Shown here: positions 46,940 through 55,730 of the stretch, piece after piece
Numbering within the stretch: position 1 is the first letter of the stretch
Layout: each line of letters begins with the position of its first letter
Assembly (NCBI GenBank): GCA_937990665.1
Contig: CALKRF010000155.1
Span: 19,295-83,294 of the forward strand
Source: an uncultured Atopobium sp.
GTDB taxonomy: Bacteria > Actinomycetota > Coriobacteriia > Coriobacteriales > Atopobiaceae
Reading direction: 5' to 3'
Length of the DNA stretch: 64,000 nucleotides
Notes under the pieces: model-generated
Databases searched by the model: none
Told to the model about the DNA's origin: nothing
What the model saw: the letters and a program-made list of their open reading frames with translations, nothing else
Position numbers and translations under genes: made by a program

Positions 46940-47749
46940 TTACATATCTTGCGAGAAGAACTCCTGGTAGAACTTCAATTCTTCAGGAGTATCTATACTT
47001 GATGAGAATAAAATATCAGGCTCTATGGCGCTAGTGTTCTTGTCAGCAGCGGCATCTGCAGAAGCAAGCAAGTTTGCCTGTCCAAGCAAACGCTTAAGCT
47101 GATGAGCGGCGCCTGCCCCACCGTCAAAAAATTCTACGTCTCCTAAAACAGAGCTAATTTGCTTCTTGATAAAGGGGTAATGGGTACACCCAAGAACCAC
47201 AGCATCTACCTGGTCAGCATAATTTCCCAAAAGCTCGGCCAGTCGTTTATGCATCTGTTCTGAATCAGCCTGACCAGATTCAATAAGCTCCACCAGGCCT
47301 TCTCCTGGAATAGAGATAACCTTTGCAGAAGGATGCAGGCGCGACTCAAGATTGTGGTACTTCTGCAAAGAGAGCGTTGCTTTTGTAGCCAGAACAACCA
47401 CTGTTCCATGGGGATATGCAGTTACGGCAGGCTTAAGAGCTGGCTCAACACCCACAATAGGTACATGAGGATAGGTTGCCCTCAGCTCGTCTGCAGCAGC
47501 AGCTGTAGCAGTATTGCAGGCTATAACCAGCGCTTTAGCACCCTCATCGATAAACTTTTTAGCAATAGCATGAGAGCGCTGGGCAATCTGCGCTTTTGGT
47601 TTAGTGCCATAAGGAGCAAATGCAGAATCGCCAAAATAATGAAATTCCTCGTGAGGCATTTGGGCAACAAGGTGTTTAAGCACACTCATGCCACCAACGC
47701 CCGAGTCAAATACACCAATAAAATTATGAGGAGCTAAGCGAGCTTCCAT
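46940..47749 (-). CDS. murI: Glutamate racemase
   Basis: VFDSGVGG, IACNTA (Cys 1), LGCTHYP (Cys 2). Confidence 0.92.
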   Translation of the reverse strand: MEARLAPHNFIGVFDSGVGGMSVLKHLVAQMPHEEFHYFGDSAFAPYGTKPKAQIAQRSHAIAKKFIDEGAKALVIACNTATAAAADELRATYPHVPIVGVEPALKPAVTAYPHGTVVVLATKATLSLQKYHNLESRLHPSAKVISIPGEGLVELIESGQADSEQMHKRLAELLGNYADQVDAVVLGCTHYPFIKKQISSVLGDVEFFDGGAGAAHQLKRLLGQANLLASADAAADKNTSAIEPDILFSSSIDTPEELKFYQEFFSQDM

Positions 47750-47861
47750 TACAAACCTTTCAAACTGAATGTAGAGTATTTTATACCTTTATCATTCAAA
47801 GGTTGATTTGCGTCACTCTTGGGTAGAATGCCAAAGATATGTTTTTAACGATTGGAGTTTC

Positions 47862-48290
47862 ATGAGCAACGAAGGTAAAAAGGTAAAGGTCCACTACGTA
47901 GGCACTCTTGATGACGGAACTAAGTTTGACTCCTCCCGTGATCGCAACGAGCCACTGGCATTTACCTGCATGGCTGGTCAGATGATCCCTGGTTTTGATG
48001 AGGCTGTCAAAGATATGACCGTTGGCCAGATTGTTGACGTCCACATTCCAGCAGCAGAGGCATATGGTGAGCGCCATGAAGAGGCAGTGCAGCCTGTTCC
48101 CGTAGCTCAGCTTCCAGGCTCTGAGAATCTTGTTGCAGGTCAGCAGGTTACTCTGGGCACCCCTGAGGGATACCCTGTTATGGCAACCGTTGTTTCTAAC
48201 GACGGCACCACTATCGTCTTTGACACCAACCATCCAATGGCTGGTAAAGACCTTAACTTCAACATTGAGCTTCTCGAGGTTGAAGAGTAA
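47862..48290 (+). CDS. FKBP-type peptidyl-prolyl cis-trans isomerase (SlyD-like, no His tail)
   Basis: KVKVHYVGTLDDGTKFDSS, IPGFDEAV, with an IF-type insert. The ATG at 47862 follows TTGGAG. Confidence 0.85.
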   Translation: MSNEGKKVKVHYVGTLDDGTKFDSSRDRNEPLAFTCMAGQMIPGFDEAVKDMTVGQIVDVHIPAAEAYGERHEEAVQPVPVAQLPGSENLVAGQQVTLGTPEGYPVMATVVSNDGTTIVFDTNHPMAGKDLNFNIELLEVEE

Positions 48291-48370
48291 TCCACTCCCC
48301 CTTTATAGGGCGAGAAGGGCGTAGGTGCTTCTGGCATCTGCGCTCTTCCTTTTTGCGTTAAATAGACATC

Positions 48371-48406
48371 AAAAAGAGCTTAGCTGCATGCAGCTAAGCT
48401 CTTTTG
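48371..48406. terminator. Bidirectional terminator (perfect palindrome)
   Basis: GAGCTTAGCTGCATGCAGCTAAGCTC (48376-48401) is flanked by AAAAA and TTTT. Confidence 0.8.
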
Positions 48407-48433
48407 CGTAACAAGTTATGAGGGACCAATACC

Positions 48434-49675
48434 TTAGCTTAGGACAACGCCGCCAAGCCAGCCCCACCTTGGAGTACTCAAAGCACCAAGCTCTGAAATC
48501 CAAGAACTCAAGCTCTGGCTTCTTACAATACCAGAGAGGCAGTGCCTGACCATGCCGCCACCAATGTAGATGCCAACGTGGCCGTAAATCAAAGCTGCAG
48601 CAGAACCACCAAGGGTAGGAACAGCAATAATCATGCCAGGCTCAATAGCACTCTGGTCAGTAGAGTAGCACCAGGAATAGTACATATCACAAGCGTTGCC
48701 ATAGAAGGTGCCAACACCTGCATTTGAGAAGACATTGGAAACCCAAGCAGCACAGAAGCCAGCACCGGTAGATCCGGTATAGCCCGCAGCATTAACAACT
48801 GCAGCAGCAGAACCGGAACCAGCAGAAGAGGTTCCTCCTCCGCCACCGCCACCAGAATAGCTACTACCACCACCGCTGTTGCTTGATACAGCAGCACGTT
48901 GAGCAGCAACACGCTCTGCCTCCTGCTGAGCAGCAAGAAGCTCAGAATCACGCTGAGCGATAAGCTCTTTTACGTTGTCATCAAGATTTGCAACAACGTT
49001 TGCAGCGTCCGCCTGACGAGCAGAAATATCATTAAGCTGAGACTCCTGAGAAGCACGGAGATTCTCAAGTTCAGCCTTCTTATTCTCTAGCTCGGTCTTC
49101 TCGGACTGAAGAGCAGCCTTATCAGACTCAAGAGCGGCCTTCAGGTTCTTAACTTCCTCAATCATCTTCTGATCGGACTCAGAAATCTTATCGAGGTAGT
49201 AAATATTAGAAGTGAGCTCCTCAAAGCTTGCAGAAGAAAGAATCATCTCCAAAGCACCAGCTGGGCCAGCCTTGTAGTTGCTGGACATACGAGCGCCAAG
49301 AGCTTTTCTCTTCTCGGCAATCTGAGCTTCCTTTTCAGAAATCTCTTTCTGCTTAGCATCAATCTGATTCTGCTTATCTGTAATCTGATCAGAAATAGCG
49401 CCAATCTGAGAGTTAGTGTCATTGAGGCTTGCCTGCATGCTAGAAACCTCATTAGAAATCTCATCAAGCAGCTTCTGAGCAGCATCGTAATCGCTACGAG
49501 CAGCATCAATCTGAGCCTGGGTAACACCAAAAGCAGGACGGGTATTGATCAGAGATGCAGTAACGGCAGCGGCAGCAATGCCCATGCCGGCAAAAATCTT
49601 AAGAGCATCACGACGATTGAAAAGAGCAGCGCTCTGCTCCTCAATGGTTGTGCCTTGCTGTTTCTTTAAACTCAT
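48434..49675 (-). CDS. Secreted coiled-coil plus NlpC/P60- or CHAP-like peptidoglycan hydrolase (PcsB-like architecture)
   Basis: Tat-like signal RRDALKIFAGMGIAAAAV. About 230 aa of heptad-rich Q/E/K/A sequence. A G/S linker. C-terminal GFCAAWVS (Cys) and YGHVGIYIGGG (His). Confidence 0.7.
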   Translation of the reverse strand: MSLKKQQGTTIEEQSAALFNRRDALKIFAGMGIAAAAVTASLINTRPAFGVTQAQIDAARSDYDAAQKLLDEISNEVSSMQASLNDTNSQIGAISDQITDKQNQIDAKQKEISEKEAQIAEKRKALGARMSSNYKAGPAGALEMILSSASFEELTSNIYYLDKISESDQKMIEEVKNLKAALESDKAALQSEKTELENKKAELENLRASQESQLNDISARQADAANVVANLDDNVKELIAQRDSELLAAQQEAERVAAQRAAVSSNSGGGSSYSGGGGGGGTSSAGSGSAAAVVNAAGYTGSTGAGFCAAWVSNVFSNAGVGTFYGNACDMYYSWCYSTDQSAIEPGMIIAVPTLGGSAAALIYGHVGIYIGGGMVRHCLSGIVRSQSLSSWISELGALSTPRWGWLGGVVLS

Positions 49676-49723
49676 AAGGGTCTCCTAGAACGTTTAGTAG
49701 TACGGTGTGACCTTTGAGAGACT

Positions 49724-49753
49724 ATTCTACCCGAGATACACGATGATATTCAA
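49724..49753 (-). promoter_or_regulatory. Sigma-70-type promoter candidate for the hydrolase gene
   Basis: On the minus strand: TTGAAT, an 18-nt spacer, then TAGAAT. It lies about 45-50 nt upstream of the ATG at 49675. Confidence 0.4.
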
Positions 49754-49831
49754 AAAGATACGTAATTTACAAACTCCCAGAAACGAATTTCGGGGAGTTT
49801 TGACTCTAAATTGTGAGGTCAGAGATAGGAT

Positions 49832-50893
49832 TTAGCGGTTTTCAATATGTGCAACATTTTTTATTGAAATGGTAATCCTACCGTCAGACTCGTGAGAGAA
49901 TTCTAGGTAACCTGGACGATCCGTTAGGTTTGAGGGAAATGAAATCTCAATTCCTGTATCGGTGCGAATCTTATGATTCTTTGCAATTCTGTTAGCAACA
50001 CCGCGTTTAACAGGAACTTCTTCGGGGAGCTCTCTACTTGCCACCTGAGCCTCGTACTTTTCCTGAATCTCAGGACGCTCCTCAAAGATACGCTTACCAA
50101 CCTTGATAGGGTCTACTACCTCTTCTACCTCTGCTGCTTCTGCAACAGCAGCCTTAGCACGAGACACCTCAACAGCAGGCTCAAGTCCATACTCTTCCGC
50201 CAAGTCTTGAACAATAACAGTTACCTCGCCAATAACCTCATGGCTTGATGCTTCTGATGTACATTCAAGGAAGAGCTCTGGGATGATGAACTTTCCCTCT
50301 CCTGCTACAGAGCGATCATGATCGTGGAAATCAATAACACCCGTATCCAAGTCAATGACCGCATATGAATCAACCTTTTGCGTAGGAGATGGCAGCGTTG
50401 CGTCCTGGCGCAAAATCTCATTTGCAGAGCCGTTGACGTCATGAATAAAGGCCTGCTTACGTGGAAGAAGTACGATGGCAAAAAGACGTCTTCCCTCGCC
50501 CTCAAATGCCTCAGCCTGAGCGTCCTCATCGTCTGCAGCAGCACTGGCAAGCGCCTGACCAGCATCGGTATCAATGTAGTCCGCTACAAGAAGATCGCAC
50601 TGCTCAACGTCATCTGCGCGACGAAGCTCTTCCCAGAACCACTGAGCAATCTGATGAGAAAACTCTACAAACTCAACGTCTCCGTGGGCATACTCCTGAA
50701 GACCTCCGGCAAAATTGCTGGTAGGAGCAAACTCTCCGTGCCTGGACTCTGGATTTGCCGTAATTTTACGCAGTCTACGCTGTACGTATGACTTTGTCTG
50801 ACGATCCTCTAAATCCAAGGTAGATTGAGAGAAGTATTTAGTTCCCGTCTCAAAATCAAAGACGTGAAGAATTGCCTTAGTAACTCTAAGCAT
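49832..50893 (-). CDS. NdpA/YejK-like (NA37 family) nucleoid-associated protein
   Basis: 353 aa. The N-terminus VTKAILHVFDFETG resembles the YejK I-x-x-I-x-H start. An acidic middle, and a C-terminus GIEISFPSN...ITISIKN resembling the YejK tail. Judged from memory of the family. Confidence 0.5.
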   Translation of the reverse strand: MLRVTKAILHVFDFETGTKYFSQSTLDLEDRQTKSYVQRRLRKITANPESRHGEFAPTSNFAGGLQEYAHGDVEFVEFSHQIAQWFWEELRRADDVEQCDLLVADYIDTDAGQALASAAADDEDAQAEAFEGEGRRLFAIVLLPRKQAFIHDVNGSANEILRQDATLPSPTQKVDSYAVIDLDTGVIDFHDHDRSVAGEGKFIIPELFLECTSEASSHEVIGEVTVIVQDLAEEYGLEPAVEVSRAKAAVAEAAEVEEVVDPIKVGKRIFEERPEIQEKYEAQVASRELPEEVPVKRGVANRIAKNHKIRTDTGIEISFPSNLTDRPGYLEFSHESDGRITISIKNVAHIENR

Positions 50894-50935
50894 GTAAAAC
50901 CTCGTTTATTGCAGATGTTTTGCTGGCGAGAAACC

Positions 50936-51499
50936 CTAGTGCTTGACGCACATCAGAGGATCGCCAATCTTAACCAGTGGACGACCACCAATCAGCGTTC
51001 CGGACTCACCAATAAGATCGATGCGCTCATACTGATCTGCATTAACAACAGTAACAACCACAACGTTCTCATATCCTGCTTCTTCAATAGCAGCAGCATC
51101 AAATGAAATCAGTGGAGTGCCGGCCTTGACCTCATCGTTAGCGTGAACGTAACGGGTAAAGCCCTTACCGTTCATCTCGATGGTGCCAACACCAATGTGA
51201 ATCAAAATCTCAATACCAGTATCTGTGGTAAGGCCAATTGAGTGGTTGGTTACGTTAGTTGCGGTAACGCGAGCGTTGCAAGGAGCATAAACGCAATCAA
51301 GGCCAACAGGCAAAATGCCATAGCCCTGGCCAAAGAGACCGCTTGAGATTACCTCATCGTGAACCTCTTGTACGCTTACCAGGACACCAGAAACTGGTGC
51401 ATAGATAGTGTCTTCCCTAGTAGCAAATGTTGCCTTCTGAGGCTGCTCTGTTCCGTTAGAAGGAACAAACACATTCTTAACCTTTGACCAAAGACCCAT
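50936..51499 (-). CDS. crr: PTS glucose-family EIIA (Crr-like), stand-alone
   Basis: EILIHIGVGTIEMNGKGFTRYV carries the active-site His pair region of PTS_EIIA_1. Confidence 0.85.
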   Translation of the reverse strand: MGLWSKVKNVFVPSNGTEQPQKATFATREDTIYAPVSGVLVSVQEVHDEVISSGLFGQGYGILPVGLDCVYAPCNARVTATNVTNHSIGLTTDTGIEILIHIGVGTIEMNGKGFTRYVHANDEVKAGTPLISFDAAAIEEAGYENVVVVTVVNADQYERIDLIGESGTLIGGRPLVKIGDPLMCVKH

Positions 51500-51647
51500 G
51501 ATGCCTCCTTGAGTATGTGCTCTGCACAGATACCATCTGACATAACGTTTCTATTTTACCTAAGCGAGAAGGACGAATGCTCCACAGAGGAACATCCGTC
51601 CTTCTTTCACGAATTTACAACACGAAGATACAACACGAAGATGCAGA

Positions 51648-53753
51648 CTATTGCATTCTCTTAGCACCCCTAAAGATAATCGAACGTGCAGCAAAATAGG
51701 TAACCAGGAAGTATCCACCATACAAAGCAGCTACGACTGCAACCACCCCACCAATACTGCTAGCCACATCAAAGTTGCCAATCGACTTAATGACAGAAAC
51801 CATAATGGACATCGCACAAGTAGCGTGCGCAGCTGCCATAAGCAACGGGAACAGGAAGTACACACCAATCTGAACAAAGAGTGCACGACTTGCAAGGCCC
51901 TTCTCGGCACCAAGCTCTGCAAGAACTTGGTAAGCGCGAGCGTTGTCCGATGCCTCGGAGAGTTGCTGAAGTGCCAAGATAGCGGCGCACGCAATGAAGA
52001 GTACCAGACCGATGTACAGCGCCAAATACGTCACAATACCAGAGAGTCCAACAGCAGATTGAATGTATTGAGAAGCAGTAACAACAAACATCAACGAATA
52101 CGGGTCGGAATCATTTCCAGTTAGGCCGCCATCGCCAAAGTACTGCTTCATCTGATTTCGGAATTGAGCCTCAGTGGCATCGCCTGGGGTTTGATAGTTG
52201 CCCAAGATGTAAGAGTTGGTCAAAACGGTGCTTGAAGGGAAACTTTGATCAGCAACAACTACGATTCCATATGCAGGCATAAGAGCAGGACCGCCTTGTG
52301 TCTGCGCAATGTCGAGCGTTCCGCCAACAGCATGAAGCTTGTGGCCCTCAATGGTGAGCTCGGGATTGTTTGCAAGAGAATCCTGCCAGTATTTTGTGAG
52401 ATTAGTATCTAGCGTCCAAACCATATAGCCGTCAGTACCAAAGTCAACAGGCTCAAGCCCAGATGCAACGCGCAGTTTGTTGTACTGAGAAGCTCGCATC
52501 AAAGTTACGTTTTTCTGCGCAGGATCTTCCTGGCCACTATAGCCGGTAAAGTAATCACTAAAGCGCTTGCCTGTTACAGCATCAATAGAGCCATACGTAA
52601 AACTAGGCGTTGTTGGATCACTTTGAGCGTAGTACGTATCTACCTGGAAGGCGTTTTTGATAGTTTTGTCCCACTCTGGATCTAGCTTCTGCACTACAGC
52701 AAGGTAGTCGTACGAATCTGCTGGACCAGGGGTATAACTGCGCTCTGAGCCTGGATTAATTGCCACAGAAACATCGTACGTTTTGAGCTTAGAGAAGCTG
52801 GCATTCATAGAGTCAACAAGCGAGAAACCCGTACCAAGTCCACAGACTGCCACAAAGAGCATAGCGCAGACTAAAGAGATGGAAACCCAAGCAGTATTAA
52901 CGCGGGCATTAAATTGACGCAGGATAAATGAGTGAAGACCCTTGTAGTAGAAGCCCTTCTGCATCTGCATGAATCTGAGCAAAAAACCAGAGATTGAGAA
53001 GAAAAAGAGTGCTGTGCCCACAGATACCAAAGCAGTAGCCATGGCAAACTCGTCATCTATCTGTTTTAAACCATTGTGCTGAAGCAGAGTATAGGAATAC
53101 GCAATAATTCCAAGAGAGGCCAAGAAGAGCAGTACTGAGACGGTAAGGTTTCTTACCTTGACGGTTTGAGTTACTTTATCTGCGTTAAGAAGGTCAATCA
53201 GCTTATAGCGGGACACCGTGGTGACGTTAAAAATCAGCGCAACCACAAACATAACTACAAAGTAAATAACCGTTTGAATCAGTGCAGTTTGCGAAAACAC
53301 AAATTTAAATGAATCAAGAGTCGTGTTGAACATGTGGGCCGTTGCAAACATCATAAATTGAGAGATAAAAATACCTGCAACAAGTCCAACTACCAGGGCG
53401 AGAAAACCAACAAGCAGTGTCTCAATACTCATAATCTTAGAGACATTTCTCTTGGTCATACCCAGTATCTGATACATACCAAATTCTTTTTTCCTACGAC
53501 GAATCAGAAATTGATTAGCGTAGACAACAAGAAATCCCATAATAACGGCGAGAAAAACGCTTACTCCAGAGATGGTATTACTTAAGAGCTGAACAATGCG
53601 TCTCTGGTCTTCAGAAAGATTCAACACCATAGACTGCTGAGTAATTGAATTGAAGGAATAAAACAGTGCAACGCCTACTGCCAATGTCAGAAAGTAAATG
53701 CTGAAATCGCGCAGTGATTTCTTGACGTTACCAAGCGCGATTTTACTGTACAT
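51648..53753 (-). CDS. BceB-type ABC permease (FtsX family, 10 TM, large extracytoplasmic domain)
   Basis: About 701 aa counted from the ATG at 53753 (after GGGAGGGGAGGG). Two FtsX-like 4-TM blocks and a roughly 220-aa hydrophilic loop. The start overlaps the ATPase stop by 11 nt. Confidence 0.8.
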   Translation of the reverse strand: MYSKIALGNVKKSLRDFSIYFLTLAVGVALFYSFNSITQQSMVLNLSEDQRRIVQLLSNTISGVSVFLAVIMGFLVVYANQFLIRRRKKEFGMYQILGMTKRNVSKIMSIETLLVGFLALVVGLVAGIFISQFMMFATAHMFNTTLDSFKFVFSQTALIQTVIYFVVMFVVALIFNVTTVSRYKLIDLLNADKVTQTVKVRNLTVSVLLFLASLGIIAYSYTLLQHNGLKQIDDEFAMATALVSVGTALFFFSISGFLLRFMQMQKGFYYKGLHSFILRQFNARVNTAWVSISLVCAMLFVAVCGLGTGFSLVDSMNASFSKLKTYDVSVAINPGSERSYTPGPADSYDYLAVVQKLDPEWDKTIKNAFQVDTYYAQSDPTTPSFTYGSIDAVTGKRFSDYFTGYSGQEDPAQKNVTLMRASQYNKLRVASGLEPVDFGTDGYMVWTLDTNLTKYWQDSLANNPELTIEGHKLHAVGGTLDIAQTQGGPALMPAYGIVVVADQSFPSSTVLTNSYILGNYQTPGDATEAQFRNQMKQYFGDGGLTGNDSDPYSLMFVVTASQYIQSAVGLSGIVTYLALYIGLVLFIACAAILALQQLSEASDNARAYQVLAELGAEKGLASRALFVQIGVYFLFPLLMAAAHATCAMSIMVSVIKSIGNFDVASSIGGVVAVVAALYGGYFLVTYFAARSIIFRGAKRMQ

Positions 53754-54573
53754 CAGCACCCTCCCCTCCCAGGAATGAAACAACGTCCATGATCTGGTCA
53801 AAGAACTGCTTACGGGGTTTCTCGCCACGAACTATCTCGTTAAAGATGCGACCATCTTTAATGAAAATGACGCGATGAGCATAAGAAGCTGCATATGAAT
53901 CGTGAGTGACCATGGCAATGGTTGCACCATTACGGTTGAGGTTCTCAAGGCTTTCGAGGAGTGTGCGAGCGTTCTTTGAGTCAAGTGCGCCGGTTGGCTC
54001 GTCTGCAAGAACCAGCGAAGGGTTAGTGACAATTGCTCGAGCAGCAGCAACACGCTGACGCTGGCCACCGGACATCTCGTAAGGGAACTTGTCCAGCACC
54101 TCAGTAATCTGAAGCAGCTTGGCAACGTTTTCTACGCGCTCCAAAACTTCCTGTGCACGGACGTGACCAATGGTTAAAGAAAGCGCGATATTCTCGCGAG
54201 CAGTAAGGCTGTCAAGCAAGTTTGCGTCCTGGAAAATAAAGCCTAAGCGGTCACGCCTAAAGGCAGAAAGCTCTGCTCCACGCAGGCTGGAAAGCTCTTG
54301 GTCATCAATAAAGATGTGGCCTGCAGATGCCTGGTCAATGGTAGAGATGCAGTTCAAAAGAGTAGTTTTACCAGAACCAGAAGGCCCCATGATGGCAATG
54401 AACTCACCGCGAGCTACAGAAAGATTAATGCCGTCCAGTGCCTTTGTGATATTTCCGCGAGTTCCATAGTACTTCTCGAGGTTTTGGCAAACCAAGACGG
54501 TGTGAGGGGTAAGTGCTGAAGATTGTCCAGCCACAACAGTTGGCTGAGTTGGAGTTACTTGAGTAGCTGCCAT
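53743..54573 (-). CDS. BceA-type ABC ATP-binding protein
   Basis: GPSGSGKTTLLN, MSGGQRQRVAAARA, LVLADEPTGALD, VTHD. The N-terminal extension is about 25 aa. Confidence 0.85.
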   Translation of the reverse strand: MAATQVTPTQPTVVAGQSSALTPHTVLVCQNLEKYYGTRGNITKALDGINLSVARGEFIAIMGPSGSGKTTLLNCISTIDQASAGHIFIDDQELSSLRGAELSAFRRDRLGFIFQDANLLDSLTARENIALSLTIGHVRAQEVLERVENVAKLLQITEVLDKFPYEMSGGQRQRVAAARAIVTNPSLVLADEPTGALDSKNARTLLESLENLNRNGATIAMVTHDSYAASYAHRVIFIKDGRIFNEIVRGEKPRKQFFDQIMDVVSFLGGEGADVQ

Positions 54574-54650
54574 GTTGCGTCCTTTCGTTGGGAGCGAGTA
54601 AATCTTGAGATATATACTCCTGCACTACCGTTTACGTTGCCATCGATTGA

Positions 54651-54668
54651 CCTTACAGAAACCTTACG
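54651..54668 (-). promoter_or_regulatory. Direct repeat CCTTAC(A/G)-N4-CCTTAC(A/G), candidate response-regulator box upstream of the Bce-type ABC genes
   Basis: CCTTACA (54651-54657), GAAA, CCTTACG (54662-54668), lying 78-95 nt upstream of the ATG at 54573. On the gene strand it reads CGTAAGG-TTTC-TGTAAGG, and a third CGTAAAC lies downstream. Confidence 0.3.
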
Positions 54669-54725
54669 CTTTTCTCACTTTGATGTGTCAAAATATCACT
54701 ATCAAGCATACGGGAGGGGCATGCT

Positions 54726-55721
54726 ATGCAGTTAGTAATTAAAAGATTTGGGCAGCTTACCGCCAAAGAGTTATATCAAATTCTTTCTCTAAGAGCAGAA
54801 ACGTTTATTGTTGACCAGCAGATTATGTACAACGATCTTGATAACGTTGATCAAGTTTCTACCCATATCTTTTATCAGGATACTGACTCGGTAGCTGCAT
54901 ATTTGCGCATCATTGATGCAGGACAGTCATACAACTCCCCAGTTCTTGGCCGCGTATGTGTTAGCAACAAAGGCGCTGGTATTGGTTCAAAGCTGCTGCA
55001 CGATACCCTTGATTACCTGGCACAAGAAAGTAGCGCCTCCAAGGTGTTAGTTGAGTCGCAACTCAAAGCTCAGCCTTTCTATGAGCGTGCTGGCTTTACG
55101 CAGGCATCTTCTAAGGTGCTTGACCACTTTGGCGTCCTCCACCATGTACTCTCCCTTGACCTTGATGCATATCGTCTGGCGAGAAATACTGTCAATGTTG
55201 ATGACGTTCACGTTTCAATTAGACCACTTGAAGTAGCTGATTTACGTGCGCTGCAAAAGCTTAGTGTAGAGACATTTGTAGATACCTTTATTGACTCTAA
55301 TACGGCAGATGATTTGGCAAGCTGTATTGACTCGCTCTACAACACAGAAAAGCTTGCTCGCGAACTTGCTGCTAAACACTCATATTTCTATTTTGTTGAG
55401 GTGGAAGACCAGATAGCCGGCTACTTGAAGCTCAATACACGCTATGAGCAAACCGAGGGTCAGCGCGATGACTCACTTGAAATTGAACGCCTGTATATCC
55501 TTCCACGTTTCAAAGGCCTACACCTTGGATCAAAGCTTATGAAATTTGCCCTTGATTTAGCAAAAGAGAAGGGTAAGAAGCGCGTGTGGCTGGGTGTTTG
55601 GGAACACAATGAGCCTGCTAAGGAATTTTATTTACATTGGGGATTCAAGCGTTTTAGTCAGCATACCTTCCCAGTAGGAAGCGATCCTCAAACGGATGAA
55701 TTGTGGGAGCTCATGCTGTAA
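54726..55721 (+). CDS. Tandem GNAT N-acetyltransferase (ElaA-like N-terminal domain plus a second GNAT domain)
   Basis: 331 aa. The N-terminus FGQLTAKELYQILSLRAETFIVDQQIMYNDLD is ElaA-like. Two acetyl-CoA loops are present: GAGIGSKLL and KGLHLGSKLM. Confidence 0.75.
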   Translation: MQLVIKRFGQLTAKELYQILSLRAETFIVDQQIMYNDLDNVDQVSTHIFYQDTDSVAAYLRIIDAGQSYNSPVLGRVCVSNKGAGIGSKLLHDTLDYLAQESSASKVLVESQLKAQPFYERAGFTQASSKVLDHFGVLHHVLSLDLDAYRLARNTVNVDDVHVSIRPLEVADLRALQKLSVETFVDTFIDSNTADDLASCIDSLYNTEKLARELAAKHSYFYFVEVEDQIAGYLKLNTRYEQTEGQRDDSLEIERLYILPRFKGLHLGSKLMKFALDLAKEKGKKRVWLGVWEHNEPAKEFYLHWGFKRFSQHTFPVGSDPQTDELWELML

Positions 55722-55730
55722 GCTATGCCT

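Noticed and set aside
49676-49831. A ydaO/c-di-AMP riboswitch upstream of the cell-wall hydrolase gene.
   Set aside because: A plausible TTGAAT-N18-TAGAAT promoter leaves only about a 45-nt 5' UTR. The upstream hairpin (about 49776-49801) is better explained as the terminator of the preceding NdpA-like gene.
51617-51642. A perfect tandem duplication of the 13-mer ACAACACGAAGAT, just downstream of the BceB-type permease stop.
   Set aside because: There are only two copies, in a short intergenic spacer, with no associated structure or ORF. It looks like a slippage duplication. It is noted but has no functional inference.
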